Assembly: GCA_964016885.1 (NCBI GenBank)
Contig: OZ024741.1
Location: forward strand, 153,636,001-153,700,000
DNA length: 64,000 nucleotides
Origin: Eledone cirrhosa
Taxonomy: Eukaryota
Direction: 5' to 3'
Below the pieces are notes generated by a model. It was not told the origin of the DNA and made no database searches. It was given only the letters and a program-made list of their open reading frames with translations. Positions 58,737-64,000 of the stretch are shown piece by piece. The number at the start of each line of letters is the position of its first letter. The first letter of the stretch is position 1. The position numbers were made by a program, and so were the translations under genes.

Positions 58737-61006
58737 TAATTCGATATAGATCAGGGGAACATTCTAGTCAGATAGATTTTATCCTCATCAGAGGACGTGA
58801 CAGATGGACGGTCGTAAACACAAAAGCCTTCCCTAGTGAGGAATGTACCTCCCAACATAGCTTAGTTGTCAGCGACCTCACAGTCAGAACTAGACGAACC
58901 TGGAAACAGAGGCCAACCTGGAGAAGAAAGATCTGGAAGCTGAAAGACCCCTCAGCCAGTAACAGATTTAAAGATATTTTACTCAACGTCTACGACAGTA
59001 AAGAAGAACAGATAGAGACATTCAATGTAGAAGAGCACTGGGAGTTCCTAAAAATTAACTTACTAGAGGCGACGGATGAGATCTGTGGCTGTAGTAAGAC
59101 CACAAGCAGGAGGAGAGTGACTTGGTGGTGGAACAATAAGGTAGATGAGGCAGTTAAGGCCAAGAGACAGGCATGGAAAGAATGGAAGAACGGGGGAAGC
59201 AGGGTACATTACATAGAGACCAAGAGGGAAGCTAGGCGACAAGTATACTTAGCTAGGAGGGAAGCAGAGGATAGAAAATTCAAGCATGTTTTGCAACGTG
59301 AGGACCAGAAACAGGAGGTGTTCAAGATTATGAGGCAGTGTGTCAGAGAGAATTGTTATGTCATTGGAGAGAAGTGTATCCAGAATGATAAAAGTGAGCT
59401 TGCCCTCACAAGTGCTGAGAAGAAAGATGCATGGAAGAGCCATTATGATAGATTACTAAATGAGGAGAATGCATGGGAAGAAGAGACCCTACCCCAAGTA
59501 GACCCTATAGAGGGGCCAGCAGTACAAGTCAGCAGCAGCGTAGTAAGTAAGGCAATCAAAGATATGAAGACGGGGAAGGCAACTGGTCCATCGGGTATAG
59601 CTGCCGAGATGCTGAAGGCATCTGGGTCTGTAGGTCACACTATAACCACACGTATTGTTAACCAGGTAATACTAGAAGGTGTCATACCAAAAGATTGGTG
59701 TAGTAGCATCATTGTCAACTGCTACAAAGGTAAAGGTGATGTACTAGATAGAGGAAACTATAGAGGTATAAAGCTGATGGACCAGGTCATGAAAGTAACA
59801 GAAAGAGGTATAGCACAGTTGATTAGGGACTGGGTGAAACCAGATGAGATGCAATTTGGGTTTGTACCAAGAAGAGGCACCACTGATGCCCTCTTCCTTG
59901 TGAGGCAGTTACAGGAAAAGTTCATAGCTAAAAGTAAGCCACTCTACCTGGCATTCGTTGATCTCGAGAAAGCCTTTGACAGAGTTCCACATGCTATAAT
60001 CTGGTGGGATCTCAGGAAGCTTAATTAAGAATGTAGGCTTCACATGTAGCAGCTGTGCTGGAACAGCAAGCAGCAAACAGCCACAGGAAACAAGTACCAC
60101 CAATCTCTGGGAGGGCTCTGTAGAAACAGTAGACAGCTTCTGCTACCTAGGTGATCGAATTAGCAGCGGAGGTGGGTGTTCAGAAAGTACAATAACTAGG
60201 GTAAGAACGGGATGGAAGAAGTTCAGGGAACTACTGCCACTGCGAGCTGCAAAAGGCTTTTCCCTCAAAATGAAAGGCAGACTGTATGATGTGTGTATAC
60301 GAACAGCAATGTTACATGGTAGTGAGACCTGGGCACTGAAGGTGGAAGACTTACGTAGAAACGAAGCCTGCATGCTCCGATGGATGTGTAATAGTAATGT
60401 ACGCGAATGGCAAAGCATAAATGAATTGAGAGAGAGACTGAGCATAAGAGGAATCAAATACTGTGTGCAGGAGAGGCGGTTGCGTTGGTATGGACATGTG
60501 ATGCGTATGAAGGATGACAGCTGCATAAAAAGGTGTGGAGCACTAGAAGTCAATGGAAACCGCGGAGTTGGGAGACCCAAGAAGACCTGGGATGAGGTGA
60601 TAAAAGCCGACCTTACCCAATTACACCTCTCAAAGGCGATGACACATGACCGTGACCTCTGGCGTCACGCAGTAATACAGAGTACTCATGGGTACAAGCT
60701 GAAGCATATAGACAATATGCCCCCACACCCTCCCACTGCAATGTGGTCATGGAGGTGCCACGGCAAAAGAGCACCCAGCCCACACTGTAAAGTGGACGTG
60801 TAGGCACCACGGAAAAAAAGCACCCAGCACTCACTGTAAATGAGGTTGGTGTTAGAAAGGGCATCCAGCTGAAGAAATCAAGCCAAAATCAGTTCCTGTA
60901 TGAGCAAGGCATGGTCAGCCGACCAGACACTGCCCACAACAGGATAACCCGTCTAACCCATGCTAGCATGGAAGAACGGACGTAAAAGGTGATGATGATG
61001 ATGATG
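58737..61006 (+). mobile_element. 5'-truncated, internally deleted RTE LINE (second subfamily)
   Basis: ORFs 59117-60028 and 60270-60803; RT core including YADD lost at about 60010; (GAT)n tail; another RTE 3' UTR follows at 61022-61316. Confidence 0.93.
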
Positions 61007-61313
61007 ATATATATATATATGTATAAAGTTATGTCGGTGCCACAACATCCAGTCCTAAATAAATGAGGTCGTGTAGGTGTCACGACAAAAAAACACACAG
61101 TCCACGCTGTAATGTAGCTGTGTAGGTAACACGGTAAAAACCTCCCAGTCCACACTGTAAACGTGGTTGGTGTTAGGAAGGGGATCCAGCCGTAGAAAAC
61201 CCGCCAGACAGTCCTATACAAGCAAGAAAACCAATCTTGCGTCACGTGGGACAACTCCCGTCTAAACCCATGCTAGTGTGGAAGATAGACGTTAAACGAT
61301 GATGATGATGATG

Positions 61314-61350
<37 letters not shown>

Positions 61351-62087
61351 TTAGTTAAGCAAAACAAGATCACAAATTTCACAAGAAAGACATTATATAA
61401 AGATTGTCAACATAGTTGCAGTTTAATGTAAGGAATAATAATTGTTTCTACTTTAGGAACAAGGCCAGCAATTACCCAGTGCATTACTGGTACTTTATTT
61501 TATCGACCCCATAAGGATGAAAGGCAAAGTCAACCTTGGTGGGATTTGAACTCAGATCGTAAAGGGACGTAACTATGCTGGAAAGCATGGCGTCCGACCC
61601 TCTACCGATACTGCCAATCCACCGGAATAATAATAATAATAATAATAATGTCCGTTTACAATTGTTTCGCTACTCCATATAATGTTTCTGGATCAAATGA
61701 TTATAGATCATTATTGATCTGGTTCAGATGAAGATAACTTAGGTAAAAATGGAGCAGTTCTTCAGAACTTCAAAAGAGATAATGAAAATATTGATAAAGG
61801 TACGATGGAATAAGGAATATAAAGAAAGGTAAAGAAAGAGGGTTACATGAATGTAATGTTCCATATATTGGTATTTCACTATGGTGTCCTGGGTCTATCT
61901 ATTGTCTGCTATAGGCGAGCAATATTCTTCTGTCGAGGCTGCATTATGTGAGATCTGCCTATGCGTAACAAGATGGCCACCTAAGGACATATTTACCTTA
62001 CTTTTGGCTTCTAACAAATTCACCAATCTCTCTTCTCCTCTCTTATCTCCATCTCTCTCTTTAAGATTGGTTTACTTTTGAACTGTG

Positions 62088-62119
<32 letters not shown>

Positions 62120-64000
62120 ATTAATCACAAGGTTGTGAGTTTGATTCTCGGGCTGGGTGATTGCTCTAGTTCACTCAGCTGTAGAAATGATGCTAAGCTG
62201 TATCGGCCATTGCCCTTCACATGGACAACATCGGTGGCATGGAGAGGGGAGACTGGTAAGCATGGGCAACTGCTGGTCTTCCACAAATTAAACTTGTGCT
62301 TCTAGGAGAGGAACTCTCTAGGTACAAATCCCATAGTCATTTGTCACCAAAGAGTGACAAATGACTATGGGATTTATACCTTTTATATGTATGTATGTCT
62401 ATATATATGTGTGTATATATATACATATGTGTGTGTGAGCATGTTTGTGTGTATGTATAGGTGTGTGTGTGTATGTATGTATATGATTAAGTTATATCTG
62501 TATGTACACAGAATAGAGGTAACTGAGTCAGAGTAAAAGTGTATATAAATTTAAACAAGGTGTATCGGACTTTGCCTTTCCCTTGGTCTACATTGGTGGT
62601 GTTTGTCGCGATAGGCCTAGCAAGCCAGTGATGGGGAATAAACCTGATAACAAAAAACAAATAGGCCTCATTTTGGAGGTACTTCTGGACTGACGGGCCA
62701 TAGTCCTACCTGGTGTTGGATGAAGAAGATGAAGACTATAAGTGATAGTAGGGGTGTATACGAAAGCATATATGATATGTTTATGTATAATGAATATATG
62801 AGAGTCTTGCTATGAATGTTTTAAACTGTACTTATATCACAGTTATCTCTGTAACATGTGAGAATACCAGGCAGCTATTTCTGGATTTTTATCCTTCATT
62901 ATTTATACACACACTCAATACTGAGATGAGAATATACTAAAACCTATATGGTTTTTGTGTATGGAATATTGGCTGGAGAAGTTCATTTGCATATTGTGAA
63001 AATAAAACAATGGCTTGTGATACTTATTTACATATAGTGAACATATCACCACCATCATTACCACAGTGGACAATGTGAGAGAATGCTCTCTGCTGTGCAG
63101 AACCTCAAGTGTATGCTGTCTCATAGTCCCAGCAGACAGAATAGAGAAACCATTACTCCAGAAGCTAGCATGGGACATGTATTGACATAGCCATTGCAAT
63201 TCATTGGACTCACTCCTGTGTGTGGACAATATTGATATGTTCAATGACAAACCTATTCAAAAGTGGTTAATACTTTATAAGCTTGCAATCTTCATCTTGT
63301 TGGGCAACACAGCCTGAGTCTGTTTTATTCTTTCAGTTATTAGATTGCAGCAATGCCAATGTATTACCTTTAAAGGATTTAATCAATCATATTGACTTTT
63401 GGATTTATTTTTTAAGTCTGGTATTTCTAATGAAATATATTGCATTTAAATTAATTAATGAAGAATTTGGAGGGATTTGTAAAAGTTATTAATTATTTTA
63501 AGGGCAGTAGATTGGCAGAATAAGTACAGCATCAGACACCATGCTTTGCAGCAGAGAGTTATGGCCCTTTACATTCTGAGTTCAAATCCCACTGAGGTTA
63601 GCTCTGCCTTTCATCCTTATGAGGTCGATAAAATAAAGTACCAGTCACACACTGGGGTTGATTTAATTGACTTTCCTCTCCCCTTCAAATTGCTGGCCTG
63701 GTGCCTAAAGTAGAAACAATTATTAAGATGATATTTGTAACATATCTTAACAAATTCTTCTCATAAAATTATGTTGAATGTTTTTAATTTGATTGCCAGA
63801 TACCAAGATATCTCTACTCAAAAACACCAGTTATATTAACTAAATCACTCCAAATTTTGGATTAATTAAAAAAATTATTTGAAAATCATAGGTAGAATCA
63901 CTGGAAATATGGTAATGAAAGGTGAATATGAATATTCTTTTTATCTCATAGAACCAGAGGTGATTTTGGGTGCATTTATTTCAATAGGATTAAATCCTTG

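Noticed and set aside
62915-63260. Possible old Tc1-like transposase N-terminus on +
   Set aside because: Only faint resemblance with many stops; not supportable by eye.
63505-63600. tRNA gene
   Set aside because: A/B-box-like head runs into the SINE core with no full cloverleaf; it is a SINE copy.

Overview
AT-rich, microsatellite-rich animal DNA. The repeat content ((TA)n/(CA)n, RTE LINEs with (GAT)n tails, tRNA-derived SINEs) suggests a cephalopod such as octopus; this is inference. The only host gene I can support is the 3' part of cyclin H (CCNH; six + strand exons, 2025-7944). The rest is mobile DNA: RTE LINEs (one full-length copy broken only by three -1 homopolymer frameshifts), DD37D/maT mariner-like transposons (one with an intact 351-aa ORF), a CRE-like RT/RLE element, Tx1/L1 and R4-like fragments, Helitron derivatives, MITEs, SINEs and three Penelope-like (GIY-YIG) remnants. 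The least ordinary signal is non-coding: more than ten hammerhead-ribozyme motifs (canonical, variant, half and inverted pairs) in small (TA)n-associated elements. Several of these share a TATTGAGYRCTCT-like motif near their 3' end. A near-perfect 7 x 615 bp CpG-rich array inside a (TA)n tract (36571-40894) carries the same motif and a hammerhead-like fold, and is a candidate large retrozyme-type concatemer. All structures were folded by eye; no searches were run.
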